Assembly (NCBI GenBank): GCA_963721085.1
Contig: CAVRHW010000031.1
Span: forward strand, 65,782-129,781
Direction: 5' to 3'
Source: an uncultured Gammaproteobacteria bacterium
GTDB taxonomy: Bacteria; Pseudomonadota; Gammaproteobacteria; SZUA-229
Length of the DNA: 64,000 nt
Shown here: positions 16,399-26,766 of the stretch, one piece after another
Layout of the letters: each line of letters opens with the position of its first letter
Position numbering within the stretch: position 1 is the stretch's first letter
Program-made: the position numbers and the translations under genes
The notes under the pieces: model-generated
Told to the model about the DNA's origin: nothing
Seen by the model: the letters and a program-made list of their open reading frames with translations, nothing else
The model's database searches: none

Positions 16399-17043
16399 GT
16401 GCACAGTGTTAACAGAACAATATGCCATTTATTTTTTATTCTTCTGCTAGTACCGGCCCTCAACCCGGCCTTTGCCAGCGATGCAAAAAATGAACTCCCG
16501 CCCGCCTGTCGCACCGACTGCGTTTCACCTTACGGCAGTGTTCTGGGCGCGGATTCAGATAAAGTAAAAGCCTATTCAAATTGCCAGTCGAACTGTGTGA
16601 TTTTCGAACCCAATAAATGGCACGGTACCTACACCGGTATCAAGTGGCAGTGCGTTGAATATGCGCGGCGCTGGTTACTCATTCACAAAGGCATGGTCTA
16701 TGGCGATGTTGATGTTGCTGCAGACATCTGGAACAAGATTGATCATCTCACGCGCGTGAGCACAAAAAAACAGGTGCCACTTAAATCCTATGTAAATGGC
16801 TCGATCCATGCACCCGAAGTGGGTGATTTACTGGTATATGCCAGGGCCTTTTATAATACCGGCCATGTTGCTGTGGTCACCGAAGTAGATTTAAAAAAAG
16901 GTTTGATAAAAGTCGGTGAGCAAAATTATAACAATAAGCCATGGCCTGGAAATTACGCTCGAAGTATCCAGCTCTACAAAAAAGGCGATCACTACTGGTT
17001 GCTGGATGCTTATATTCTGGGCTGGAAACACGCTGAAGGTTGA
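16399..17043 (+). CDS. secreted CHAP-domain protein (glutathionylspermidine-amidase-like cysteine amidohydrolase)
   Basis: GTG start 6 nt after AGGAG. Signal peptide ...LLLVPALNPAFA. Candidate catalytic Cys in WQCVEYARRWLL and His in TGHVAVV. Confidence 0.65.
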   Translation: MHSVNRTICHLFFILLLVPALNPAFASDAKNELPPACRTDCVSPYGSVLGADSDKVKAYSNCQSNCVIFEPNKWHGTYTGIKWQCVEYARRWLLIHKGMVYGDVDVAADIWNKIDHLTRVSTKKQVPLKSYVNGSIHAPEVGDLLVYARAFYNTGHVAVVTEVDLKKGLIKVGEQNYNNKPWPGNYARSIQLYKKGDHYWLLDAYILGWKHAEG

Positions 17044-17078
17044 GCCGCTTTCTGGTTGCTATATCCTGTACATGCTCT

Positions 17079-18959
17079 TTATTCGAGCAGACTGGCAACC
17101 TGCTGTTGTAGTCCTTCTACTGTCACCCGCTCGGGTGCTATCGGTGCAGCTATAATCAAATCAATTCGCGATCGTATGCCTCGATACAGACGCCGTAGCA
17201 CAAATTCTTTTTTGCGACTAAATGCGCTGCCCCATAAACCTTTTAACGCCATAGCAATTACTGGTACCGGTGTGGTTTCGATAATACGTTTGATGCCGGG
17301 TTTAAAAATATTCATCTCGCCATCGCTGGTGAGTTTTCCTTCGGGGAAAATACACACCACTTCACCCGCCTTTAGCGCGGCCTCAATTTTCACAAACGCC
17401 TGCTCCATGAGTTCCGGGTTTTCTTTGTATCCCGCAATTGGAATCACACCCGCAGTACGAAATACGAAATTCAATATGGGCAATTGATAAATTTTGTAAT
17501 GCATGACAAAACGTACCGGACGTCGAATGCAACCAGCAATAATCAACGCATCCACATAACTGACATGATTGCACACCAGTACCACGGGGCCTGTTTCCGG
17601 AATATTATCCAGACCACGCTTGCCGACACGGTAAATGCTGTGAATCAGCATCCACACCAGAAAGCGCATGAAAAATTCTGGCACCAGTGTGTATATATAG
17701 AGTGCGACCACGGCATTGAGAATCGCAACCGTCAACAGTAATTGTGCAATGCTAATCCCGGCTTTAAGCATAGCGATGGCATAAACAGCAGAAATCACCA
17801 TCAACAATGCATTCAGGATATTATTGCCCGCGATCACACGCGACAGATGCGCCGCTTCGCTACGCTCCTGCACCAGTGAAAACAGCGGCACGATATACAG
17901 ACCACCAAACATACCGATCAGCATTACGTCGACAATGACCCTCACATTACCTGTGTGCCGGATAAAATCAGCAGGCCCCATCAGCACACTGGACACCATA
18001 TCCGGCCGCGCAAAATACAGATCCAGGCCAAACAGGGTGAGCCCAATCGAACCCAGCGGCACCAGGCCCAGCTCGATCATATGTCCCGACAGGCGATTGC
18101 ATAATAATGAGCCCGCGCCGATACCGATGGTGAACAGGGTCAGAATCAGGGTGACCACATGCACATCACCACCCAGCGCGACCCGCGTGTAACTGGGTAG
18201 CTGCACCAGATAAATGGCGCCCAGAAACCAGAACCAGGAAATGCCCAGCACAGACAGGAACACGGTGCGGTTCTGTTTGATGAAGTGAATATTGCGCCAG
18301 GTTTCGGTCAGCGGGTTCCAGTTAATTTTTAAATCGGGCTGCAACGATGGCGTGTCCGGTATCCAGCGACTGGCGAGATAACCCAGCACGGCCAGTACCA
18401 CGACTGCGAGCGCCACCTGGTTACGGCCCGCATCACTGGCGATCAAAATCCCGCCCAGGATGGTGCCCAGCAAGATCGCGATAAACGTGCCGCCCTGCAC
18501 CAGCGCATTGCCCGCGACCAGCTCGTCGGCAGTCAGATGTTGCGGTATATAACTGTATTTCGCCGGCCCGAAAAAACTCGATTGCGCGCCCATCAGAAAC
18601 AACAGCGCGATCAGCCAGTACAGCTGGCCGGCAACAAAGGCCAGCGCTGCGCCCAGCATGATCACTACTTCGAGCAATTTGATAATACGGATCGACCAGG
18701 CCTTTTCATATTTGTCGATCCATTGGCCAGCGGTCGCCGACAACAGAAAAAACGGCAGCACAAACAGGCCCGCGCTGAGATTGGTCAGAACATTGGGGTT
18801 CACACTGCTGAATTTCGCACCCTGAAATGCGATCAGGATGATCAGCGCATTTTTGAACACGTTATCATTGAAGGCGCCGAGAAACTGGGTAATAAAAAAT
18901 GGCAAAAAACGCTTTTCTGCTAGCAGATAAAACTGGCCGCGCGGTCGTTGCTCACTCAT
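17079..18959 (-). CDS. lysophospholipid transporter (LplT-like MFS) fused to a PlsC-type acyltransferase domain
   Basis: 626 aa. The N-terminal ~400 aa are a 12-TM MFS (FLPFFITQFLGAFNDNVFKNAL). The C-terminal part has acyltransferase motifs NHVSYVDALI and IFPEGKLT. Confidence 0.8.
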   Translation of the reverse strand: MSEQRPRGQFYLLAEKRFLPFFITQFLGAFNDNVFKNALIILIAFQGAKFSSVNPNVLTNLSAGLFVLPFFLLSATAGQWIDKYEKAWSIRIIKLLEVVIMLGAALAFVAGQLYWLIALLFLMGAQSSFFGPAKYSYIPQHLTADELVAGNALVQGGTFIAILLGTILGGILIASDAGRNQVALAVVVLAVLGYLASRWIPDTPSLQPDLKINWNPLTETWRNIHFIKQNRTVFLSVLGISWFWFLGAIYLVQLPSYTRVALGGDVHVVTLILTLFTIGIGAGSLLCNRLSGHMIELGLVPLGSIGLTLFGLDLYFARPDMVSSVLMGPADFIRHTGNVRVIVDVMLIGMFGGLYIVPLFSLVQERSEAAHLSRVIAGNNILNALLMVISAVYAIAMLKAGISIAQLLLTVAILNAVVALYIYTLVPEFFMRFLVWMLIHSIYRVGKRGLDNIPETGPVVLVCNHVSYVDALIIAGCIRRPVRFVMHYKIYQLPILNFVFRTAGVIPIAGYKENPELMEQAFVKIEAALKAGEVVCIFPEGKLTSDGEMNIFKPGIKRIIETTPVPVIAMALKGLWGSAFSRKKEFVLRRLYRGIRSRIDLIIAAPIAPERVTVEGLQQQVASLLE

Positions 18960-19200
18960 CGTTTTATCTGCCCATTCCTCGTATCCAGGCTCAGAACAAT
19001 ACCAGACAGCCCGGCAGGAACAGGCTGTCTCGCCAGATATCCGAGCTTCCGCTACCGTCTTATCTTCTCGTCAACTATTCGCCCGGAGCAATCCAGACCG
19101 AATCACTGTATAGTGCTATAGTAGTTTTATCGGATCAGGGGTGCATTTTTGAAAATGCCGCCTATTATTACGTCAATATCATACTCACAGCGCCATTGTC

Positions 19201-19482
19201 ATGACCGAAATTAAACGCAGTCATCCACGCCATGATATCAGGATCAATGCCGCCCTGACATGTCTGAGTACTGATTCGCGCATCGTCAAAACCCGTGATA
19301 TCAGCGCAGGCGGCATGTTCCTGTTGCTCGATAATCCGGATGATTTCCCTATCGGCGAGATGGCACATATCCACTTTCTTGACCCACTCAATAATGAAGC
19401 CGACACTTTCAAGGACGCGGTTATCGTGCGTGTCACCAATGACGGAATTGCGCTCTCTTTCGTCGAACTGGACGAGTTTTAA
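19201..19482 (+). CDS. PilZ-domain protein (c-di-GMP receptor family)
   Basis: 93 aa. RSHPR (RxxxR) followed by DISAGG (D/NxSxxG). Confidence 0.8.
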   Translation: MTEIKRSHPRHDIRINAALTCLSTDSRIVKTRDISAGGMFLLLDNPDDFPIGEMAHIHFLDPLNNEADTFKDAVIVRVTNDGIALSFVELDEF

Positions 19483-19535
19483 AAAACTCTCTGATCAGGC
19501 TTGCCTGAACAGCCCATCTGCCGTAACTTCTTCGC

Positions 19536-21036
19536 ATGAAGAAGACGCAGCGCATTATCAATCGATTTCTGTCTTTGTCCCAGGCCGCTCGCCTCGCGGG
19601 TATCAAACGCCGCACTCTACAAAAACGCATTCAGGATGGGGACATCCTCACCTTTGAAGGCATGGTGTCGCTCGAAGAACTGCTCAAGGCCTACCCGCAG
19701 ACCGAAATCGAAGATAACACCATGATTGAGCATTCAAAACACATTAAGCATTCGGCCTACAACAAGCTGCTGCACGATGCCAGCAGCCTCCCTGATTCTG
19801 AAGTCACTCTCTACCCGCGTTACTGCGCTCAGCCAGGAACTCAGCGAAACACGTTCATTGGCTAAAAAATATGTCGAAATTGTCGATTCCCTGAAAACTC
19901 GGCTAGGCTCATTAGATGCCAGCCAGCAACAGCTGGACGCACTAAAGAACTGGCTCGAAGAAGCTACCGAAGCGCCGAGCGCCGATGTACAGGCTTCCGC
20001 ACAACTTATCGCAAATGATACTTTGTTACGACTTATGACTGCACATGTACGAATTCTACCCAGTGGCCATGACTTTTTTGTCGAGGGCACCTCCAGCCTG
20101 CTGGAAGCCGGGCTTCGCGCCGGGCTTGCGCTGAATTATGCATGCAGCAACGGCAATTGCGGCAAATGCAAGGCGCGACTGGTGTCTGGCCAAATCAAGC
20201 AGATCCAGCCGCACGATTACACGCTCAGTGAAGAACAGAAAGCCACTGGCCATTTCCTCATGTGCAGCAATGCTCCGGTCAACGATGTTGTGATCGAAGC
20301 CATCGAAGCCAGTAATGCGCGTGATATTCCGCAGCAGCAAATTACCGCCAAAGTGAAAAAAATTGAAATCAAGGATGATGTTGCTCTATTACATTTGCGC
20401 ACACCGCGGACGAATCGCCTTCGGTTTTTCGCCGGGCAGTACGTTAACCTGAGCATGGGCTCGGAATTTCCCAGCGCTGAATACTCGATCAGCAGCTGCC
20501 CATGTGATGATATGAACCTGCATTTTCAAATTCCTGAAACTGCGGATGACGCCTTTGCTGATTTTGTTTTCCACGATCTGAAAAGCGGTGACTCCATAGA
20601 TGTTGCGGGGCCTCGCGGTGATTTTGTGCTGGATGAAGACTCTGTGCGTTCACTGGTATTTATTGCCTGGCACACAGGTTTCGCGCCCATCAAAAGTCTC
20701 ATCGAGCATGCTATGGCGCTGGATGATGCTGAACACATACATTTATTCTGGATTACCGCGAAACCAGAAGACCGCTATCTCAATAATCTTTGTCGCGCCT
20801 GGCAGGATGCACTGGATAACTTTCATTACCACACTATTGATGCCGACCTGCTAAATGGTGGGGCGGGCGCACACCAGCAGGCGATGAATGCTGTCTTTGA
20901 TCAACTTGAAAATCACGCGGACCATGATTATTACATTGCCGGGCTGGACTCACTGACCACGGCCTGCAGCAATGTGGCGCAGCAGCGTGGCGTCCCTGCC
21001 ACACAAATTATGGGCGATGCCATCAAACACGAATAA
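19536..21036 (+). pseudogene. HTH + coiled-coil + plant-type [2Fe-2S] ferredoxin + FNR-like FAD/NAD(P) reductase; reads as one gene interrupted by a +1 frameshift near 19800-19865 (alternatively two genes)
   Basis: ORF 19536..19865 has an HTH-like N-terminus (LSLSQAARLAGIKRRTLQKRIQDG). ORF 19726..21036 continues it in the +1 frame: ...STRVTALSQELSETRSLAKKYVEIV, then CSNGNCGKCKARLVSG...MCSN (Cx4CxxC...C), then FNR motifs (AEYSISS, GPRGDF, AWHTGFAPI). Confidence 0.65.
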
Positions 21037-21065
21037 GCGTCTGACGGCGCTCGAGTGTCGTTTAA

Positions 21066-21785
21066 TTAAAAATGCAGGAAGGCGCCGACCATAACGCCTT
21101 TGAATGTCAAATCTGTATTAATGTTGTCGACGTCTGATATTTTTATTTTAGTTGAACGCACGCCGGCTTCGACACCGACCACACCAAACTCATAGGCGGC
21201 GCGAATTCTCATATCGTTATAAGTGCTGCCGCTATAACTCACCACCTTGTAATCTGCGCCTACTGAAAGCCCTGTTAGCGGCAGATCAAACGCTGCAGAA
21301 GCGTACAGCATCGGTACAGTCGCAGACACCGAAGAAACCTCACTGCCGATCGCGAAGCGACCATCAATTTTCCGCACATCAAGACCCAGATCAAGATTGA
21401 CCCAGTTATCCAGAAGTCGGTAATACAGGATCGCATCCGTGCTATCCAGGGTGGCTTCGAAAGCACCGGATGCACTCGAATTGCCATTGAAGTTATAAGT
21501 AGTACTGGCATTACCGGTATTTGATAATGATGACTTTTCCAGTCTGATGTTCGGTAAAAATGGGACCGGGTGCTCAAATGCCATCCAGACGTAGGATTCG
21601 GATTTTTTGCCCACATTCAGGTCGGATTTTATATCGATGGTACTACTACCCGTCTGGGTCGAACTGAAGTTACCGGAGGGATCATGATTCCAGCTGCCGC
21701 CACCCACATACAGCCCCAGCGTATCCGCCGATGCGCTGGCAAATGGAAATATCAAAATAAAACAAATAGTTAAAATCTTTTGCAT
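21066..21785 (-). CDS. small outer-membrane beta-barrel protein (resembles the TIGR04219 OMP family)
   Basis: 239 aa. Signal peptide MQKILTICFILIFPFASASA. GLYVGGGSWNHDPSG...AFEHPVPFLPNIRL. C-terminal ...VGAFLHF. Confidence 0.65.
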   Translation of the reverse strand: MQKILTICFILIFPFASASADTLGLYVGGGSWNHDPSGNFSSTQTGSSTIDIKSDLNVGKKSESYVWMAFEHPVPFLPNIRLEKSSLSNTGNASTTYNFNGNSSASGAFEATLDSTDAILYYRLLDNWVNLDLGLDVRKIDGRFAIGSEVSSVSATVPMLYASAAFDLPLTGLSVGADYKVVSYSGSTYNDMRIRAAYEFGVVGVEAGVRSTKIKISDVDNINTDLTFKGVMVGAFLHF

Positions 21786-21988
21786 GATTTTCTCCGCGGT
21801 AGTCTGTAATCTATCAATGGAGTGTAGACGACGGGATCGCTTGTGCTTGCTCTGTCAGTAAATTTATTGAGAACTGGGTAGCATAATCCGAAGTTATTCA
21901 TTAGATCGTAGCCGGGCCAGGGACTACTCAACAGCACTGCTCCATGTTCTGGCATTGGTATTATTCGAGGAATCAATCAGTAACAGGC

Positions 21989-22192
21989 TTATCCACTCTT
22001 CTCCATGGCCTGCGCACATAAGCCACATTCCAGTTCTTCACCGATCATGGTGGCACGGCTTTCCGCGGTCAGCACCCAGGGTCGATTCTGCCAGGGTGGG
22101 CGGTGACGAACATGCCGCGCATGACCACATGATAATTCCGCCACCCAGTCGCCCACTTCATCCTGCTTATATCCTGTGATTTTTCGTTTCAT
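21989..22192 (-). CDS. DUF3565-like small protein
   Basis: 67 aa. GYKQDEVGDWVAELSCGHARHVRHRPPWQNRPWV...ECGLC pattern. Confidence 0.6.
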   Translation of the reverse strand: MKRKITGYKQDEVGDWVAELSCGHARHVRHRPPWQNRPWVLTAESRATMIGEELECGLCAQAMEKSG

Positions 22193-22232
22193 GCACGAAT
22201 GTACAACTGGCTATCTATTCTGATTTTCTGGT

Positions 22233-23284
22233 TTAGTCTGCATGTCCAAGCAAGGCGCCGATCCAGCGGGTTTCGGATTTGCTATCCAGCGCCAGCTTTA
22301 CGGTTACGGTGAGCGGGACCGACAGCAGCATGCCGACCGGTCCTAGCACCCAGCCCCAGAACACCAGAGAAACAAACACCACCAGCGTCGACAGACCCAG
22401 ACCCTTACCCATGAGCTTTGGCTCGATGCACATTTCCAACCAGCTACATTGACGATTACGTATGTGCCTGCTGTCAGCATTGCTGTACCGCTGCCGGCCT
22501 GCACCAGCGCAACCAGAACCGCCGGCACCGCAGCAATGATCGAACCGATATTGGGAACATAGTTCAGTAAAAACGCCAGCACTCCCCACAGTTGCGGATA
22601 ATCCACGCCCAGCAGCCATAAAACCAGGGCAACCAGCAAACCCGTGAGCACGCTCATCCATGTTTTGATGCTCATGTACTCTCTTACTTTTTCGGTAAAG
22701 GCGGTAGCAAATTCAGCGCTATCGGTTTCTGGATCATTCGATTCGTTAATGGCTTTCAGCTTGCGAGTAAAGCTGCTCGACTCGAGCAATATAAATATGA
22801 CAGTGACAATAATCAGAAATGAATTTGCCATCACGTTACCGAGTCCGGTGAGAATCGTGCGCGTCATCTGAATCGCTGATCGCGGATCAAAATGACTTAA
22901 CAGCTCCTTTTCTGGCAGGGCAACACCCATGCTCATTCAGATGCGCAAGAATCCGGGTCCATTGCTCGGTTATCCTGCCTTCGTACATCGGTAAATTTCT
23001 TGTGAAATCATCAACCGAACTTCCTACCATCATCACCAGTCCCGCACCGATAATGATTACCAGCAGAATCACCAGAACGATTGCCAGCCCCTCAGGAATA
23101 CCTTTCTTTTTTTCAGTCCCTGCATTGCGGGCAGGCACAGAACCGCAATAAACACCGACAACAAAAAAGGCACCAGCAAACTGGCCGCTTCGCGCATGCC
23201 TGCAATCACAATCACCAGTGCTGCCGCAATGATAATGATCCGTGCCGCCTTGGAAAAACCCGGCATTCCTGATGTAGTTGTCAT
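22233..23284 (-). pseudogene. AI-2E family (PerM-like) transporter; frame interrupted at least 3 times as assembled
   Basis: Four overlapping ORF pieces (23069..23290, 22887..23312, 22343..22936, 22233..22661) join into one AI-2E-type protein: ...LLVPFLLSVFIAVL / GIPEGLAIVLVILLV / [23 protein letters not shown] / [40 protein letters not shown]. Shifts lie at the A7 run 23107-23113, near 22915-22935, and near 22437-22447. The ATG at 23284 overlaps the rmuC stop (TAATG). Confidence 0.8.
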
Positions 23285-24491
23285 TAACAATCAATCCTCT
23301 TCGGATCATCATCGAGCAGCTCTATTTTTAATTTGTCATCCAGCTCTACTTTCTCTATTTTTTCGAAACGGCTGCTGATTTTTTTGGCCGAGGTATGCAC
23401 CTGACCCACATCATCATTGGCCTGTTTAATGTGTTTTGCAAGGTCTCCCATACGTACTTTAAAGCGATCAAAATCTTTTGACAGTGCCACCAGGTGTTCC
23501 TGAATCAGGTGGACCTGTTTGCGGGTTGCAGAATCTTTCAGTACTGCCCTTGCTGTTGTTAATACCGCCATCATCGTCGTCGGCGACACCATCCAGACAC
23601 GACGACGCTGCGCTTCTTCTACCAGATCTGAATGATGCGCGTGTATTTCCGCAAATACCGCTTCTGCCGGGATAAACATCATGGCGCCGTCCGCTGTTTC
23701 ATTGGCAATAATATATTTATCCGCAATATCGCTTATATGTTTTTTAATATCCTGTTTGAACTGGCGCTCGGCACTGAGACGGTCTGTGGCATGCGACGTC
23801 CGGATCCACCATGCGCTGATACGAGTCCAGCGGAAATTTTGAATCGATCACCATATTGCCTGATGGCTCAGGCAGAAACAGCACACAGTCTGCGCGCTTT
23901 CCATTCGATAGTGCATATTGCAATGAAAATGTGTTCTCGGGCATCACGTTTCTTACCAGCGCTGCCATCTGAACTTCACCAAAGGCGCCTCGTGATCGCT
24001 TGTCGGTCAGCACTTCCTGAAGACTGACCACATTGCTGGATAGTTCGGTAATTCGTTTTTGTGCCTGATCGATCAGGGCAAGGCGCTTGACTACATCGGT
24101 GAAAGTTTCGTTGGTTTTTTCAAAACCTTTGCTCAGGCGCTTTTCGACCTGGCCGCTGATCTCTGTCAGTCGTTCGTTAAGCGTCTGCTGAATCTGTAAA
24201 TTCGATTTCGCCTGGCGCTCCACATTGGCTTCTGACATTTCACCAAGTCGTTTTTCTATGCTCTGCTGCAGGTCACCAAAACGTTTTTCCAGTTTGAGCT
24301 GAACATCAGCCAGACCTTTGATCTGGTCTTCGCGCAACTGGTTCTGCGATTGCATAAGGCCGGCGTACTGTTTGTCGAGGTCACCTTCACTGCGCTGCAT
24401 CTTTTTTAACAGCGTAACGATATATACCAGCGCAGCCACGAGCCGCCACAGCCAGCACCAGAATGACTATCCAGTTTACTTCCTGATTCAT
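23284..24491 (-). pseudogene. rmuC: DNA recombination protein RmuC; frame interrupted twice as assembled
   Basis: N-terminal TM MNQEVNWIVILVLAVAA (tail of ORF 24387..24842), then ORF 23744..24439 (coiled coil), then my own translation ...SHATDRLSAERQFKQDIKKHISDIADKYIIANETADGA joining ORF 23284..23682 (MMFIPAEAVF...). Shifts lie near 24437-24450 and 23795-23803. Confidence 0.8.
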
Positions 24492-24623
24492 TTCAACCAA
24501 CACCTTGGATGCTTTGTCCAGCAGACCGTTTTGCCGCTGTTGTTCATAGCTCATGTCAGGATTGTTATACTGCCCGACACATATAATCTGCTCCAACCTT
24601 ACCATTTTAAGTAGGTTCTTCAC

Positions 24624-24992
24624 GTGAAATATAGTCTTTGCCCTGCCAGTGAGATTGCCGATCCTGGCAGCCGTGCTTTTACGCTCAGCTTTCATGACGC
24701 ACCGCTGGACGTGTTTGTTGTGCATAGCAACGCCAGCTTCCATGCCTATGTGAACAGCTGCCCGCACACCGGCGTCAATCTGGAATGGCAGGAAGACCAG
24801 TTTCTGGATCTGGACAAGGCCTTCATCCATTGCTCCACCCATGATGCACTGTTTGAAATCGATAGCGGCCTGTGTATTGCCGGCCCTTGCGTAAACCAGT
24901 TTTTGCAGCCGCTGGCACTGAGCCAGGAAGACGGCGTGCTGGTACTGGAAGTTCCTGATAATTTCACCAATCGGAACGCGCCTTCGAGCTGA
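24624..24992 (+). CDS. small Rieske [2Fe-2S] domain protein
   Basis: 122 aa, GTG start. Rieske ligand boxes SCPHTG and CSTHDALF...CIAGPC. Confidence 0.8.
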   Translation: MKYSLCPASEIADPGSRAFTLSFHDAPLDVFVVHSNASFHAYVNSCPHTGVNLEWQEDQFLDLDKAFIHCSTHDALFEIDSGLCIAGPCVNQFLQPLALSQEDGVLVLEVPDNFTNRNAPSS

Positions 24993-25044
24993 TCTCCGGC
25001 CGGGCCAGCGTCCTGCAGGACCGCACGCTCTGGTAAAAAAATGC

Positions 25045-25108
25045 TTGACATCAGGCGACTTCAGCGACTATGTTAGTAATCGTTCACTTATGTTAGTGAA
25101 CACTAACA
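25045..25108 (+). promoter_or_regulatory. candidate sigma70 promoter with overlapping operator upstream of tusA
   Basis: TTGACA at 25045-25050, an 18-nt spacer, then TATGTT at 25069-25074. TATGTTAGT occurs twice, 20 bp apart (25069 and 25089). There is a perfect 18-bp palindrome TGTTAGTGAACACTAACA at 25091-25108. GTTCACT (25082-25088) pairs with AGTGAAC (25095-25101). Confidence 0.6.
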
Positions 25109-25134
25109 AATACTCCAACTACCGAGGTGATATT

Positions 25135-25368
25135 ATGAGCGCTTTCGACGCTGAACTAGATGCAACTGGCCTGAACTGCCCACTTCCAATCCTGCGTGCT
25201 AAAAAGGCAATTGCAGGCCTTGAAGGCGGCCAAACTCTGAAAATCATTGCAACCGATCCAGGTTCAGTGAAAGATTTCGAAGCTTTCTGCAAACAGACCG
25301 GCAACGAACTGCTTTCCAGCGGTGAAGAATCCGGCAAGTTCGTATTCATGATCAAAAAGGCAGCCTGA
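25135..25368 (+). CDS. tusA: TusA-family sulfurtransferase
   Basis: Frame of ORF 25045..25368. ATG 25135 lies after GAGGTGA. 77 aa with active-site motif LNCPLPIL. Confidence 0.85.
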   Translation: MSAFDAELDATGLNCPLPILRAKKAIAGLEGGQTLKIIATDPGSVKDFEAFCKQTGNELLSSGEESGKFVFMIKKAA

Positions 25369-25449
25369 TTGGCTGTTTGCGAAGCGCCGATTCGGAGATT
25401 CATCGAACAAGAGGTATAACGAATCGGCGCCCAGCAACCGAGACCCCAG

Positions 25450-26091
25450 ATGAACCAACGCATGCCTGCTGTTCAGCGCCGCGATTCAATCCTCAAGGTC
25501 GCGCTGAAGCTGTTTGCGGAAAAAGGCTTCCATGGTGTCTCGATCGACGAAATTGCCCGCAAGGTTAATGTCTCCCCTGCGATCCTGTATCGCCATTTTG
25601 ATTCCAAACAACAGCTCTACGATACCGTGCTCCAGACCATGTCTGCCCAGCGCGAATCCTATGTCGACACGGTGGTCAACAGCAGCACCAGTTTTGAAGA
25701 TGTGCTCATCGGCATGACCCAGGTGTATATCAAGAGCGTGGCCGATAATCCGGACATGCTGCGCATCGAACTACAGAGCCTGCTCGATGGCAGCGCAGCG
25801 ACCAATGATTTTTTTATCAACCGCTGGAAAAGCTTTACCGACTATATCGAATTCGGTCTCAACGAACGCATGACGCATGACATTCCCAATCGGGAAATCA
25901 CCATTATGGCAGCGGGCCTGATGTTTCAGGGCATGGTGCGCGAAGCACTGGTGCAAAAATTCCTGCAGCCGCACGACCGTCTGGTCGATCTGAGCATGGA
26001 AGAACTCAGCCAGGAACTGGTAGCATTGTTTCTACGCGCTGTCGGTATCAGTAAGTCGCATTTGTCGCGACGCGCGGTTATCAAAACATAA
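25450..26091 (+). CDS. TetR/AcrR family transcriptional regulator
   Basis: 213 aa. N-terminal HTH: RRDSILKVALKLFAEKGFHGVSIDEIARKVNVSPAILYRHF. Confidence 0.9.
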   Translation: MNQRMPAVQRRDSILKVALKLFAEKGFHGVSIDEIARKVNVSPAILYRHFDSKQQLYDTVLQTMSAQRESYVDTVVNSSTSFEDVLIGMTQVYIKSVADNPDMLRIELQSLLDGSAATNDFFINRWKSFTDYIEFGLNERMTHDIPNREITIMAAGLMFQGMVREALVQKFLQPHDRLVDLSMEELSQELVALFLRAVGISKSHLSRRAVIKT

Positions 26092-26170
26092 GGTACGACT
26101 CAATAACCAGCTGTTGAACTTCTCGGACTGTACACAGACCAAACGCCAATCAATCTGGAGCACCAAACAC

Positions 26171-26764
26171 ATGCTACGCACAATGACACGCCTGCTTTCA
26201 GCATCCTTTCTGCTTGCCCTGACCAGCATTGCCTGGGCCGGTAATCCTGAAGTCAGGATGGACACCAGTGCAGGCTCGGTAATTATCGAACTCTATCCGG
26301 ACAAAGCACCGGAAACCGTGAAAAATTTTCTGCGCTATGTTGCAGACGGCAAATACAATGGCACCATCTTCCATCGCGTTATTCCAGGCTTCATGAATCA
26401 GGGTGGCGGTTACACTCAGGACTATACCAAAGTGGCGACCTATTCTCCGATCAAAAACGAGGCGGACAATGGTCTGAAAAATATTCGCGGCAGCATTGCC
26501 ATGGCGCGTACCGGCGACCCGAACTCTGCCACCAATCAGTTTTTTATAAACACGGTCAACAATCGCGGTCTTAATTTTCGTGACAAAACGATTAGCGGCT
26601 GGGGCTATTGTGTCTTCGGTCAGGTCAAACAGGGCATGGATGTGATGGATAAAATTGCTGCGATGAAAACAGGACCCGCCGGCCCGTTCCCTTCAGACGT
26701 ACCTGCGACACCAGTAATCATCAAACAGGTGACTTTGCTTAAGAAAGATAAAGTGAAGAAATAG
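26171..26764 (+). CDS. ppiA: periplasmic cyclophilin-type peptidyl-prolyl isomerase
   Basis: Frame of ORF 26114..26764. ATG 26171 gives signal peptide MLRTMTRLLSASFLLALTSIAWA. Contains FHRVIPGFMNQGGG. Confidence 0.85.
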   Translation: MLRTMTRLLSASFLLALTSIAWAGNPEVRMDTSAGSVIIELYPDKAPETVKNFLRYVADGKYNGTIFHRVIPGFMNQGGGYTQDYTKVATYSPIKNEADNGLKNIRGSIAMARTGDPNSATNQFFINTVNNRGLNFRDKTISGWGYCVFGQVKQGMDVMDKIAAMKTGPAGPFPSDVPATPVIIKQVTLLKKDKVKK

Positions 26765-26766
26765 TT

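Noticed and set aside
24387-24842. 151-aa minus-strand ORF opposite the Rieske gene
   Set aside because: Only its last 34 codons make sense: MNQEVNWIVILVLAVAA is the rmuC N-terminal TM before a frameshift. The rest is antisense to a Rieske protein with intact ligand boxes.
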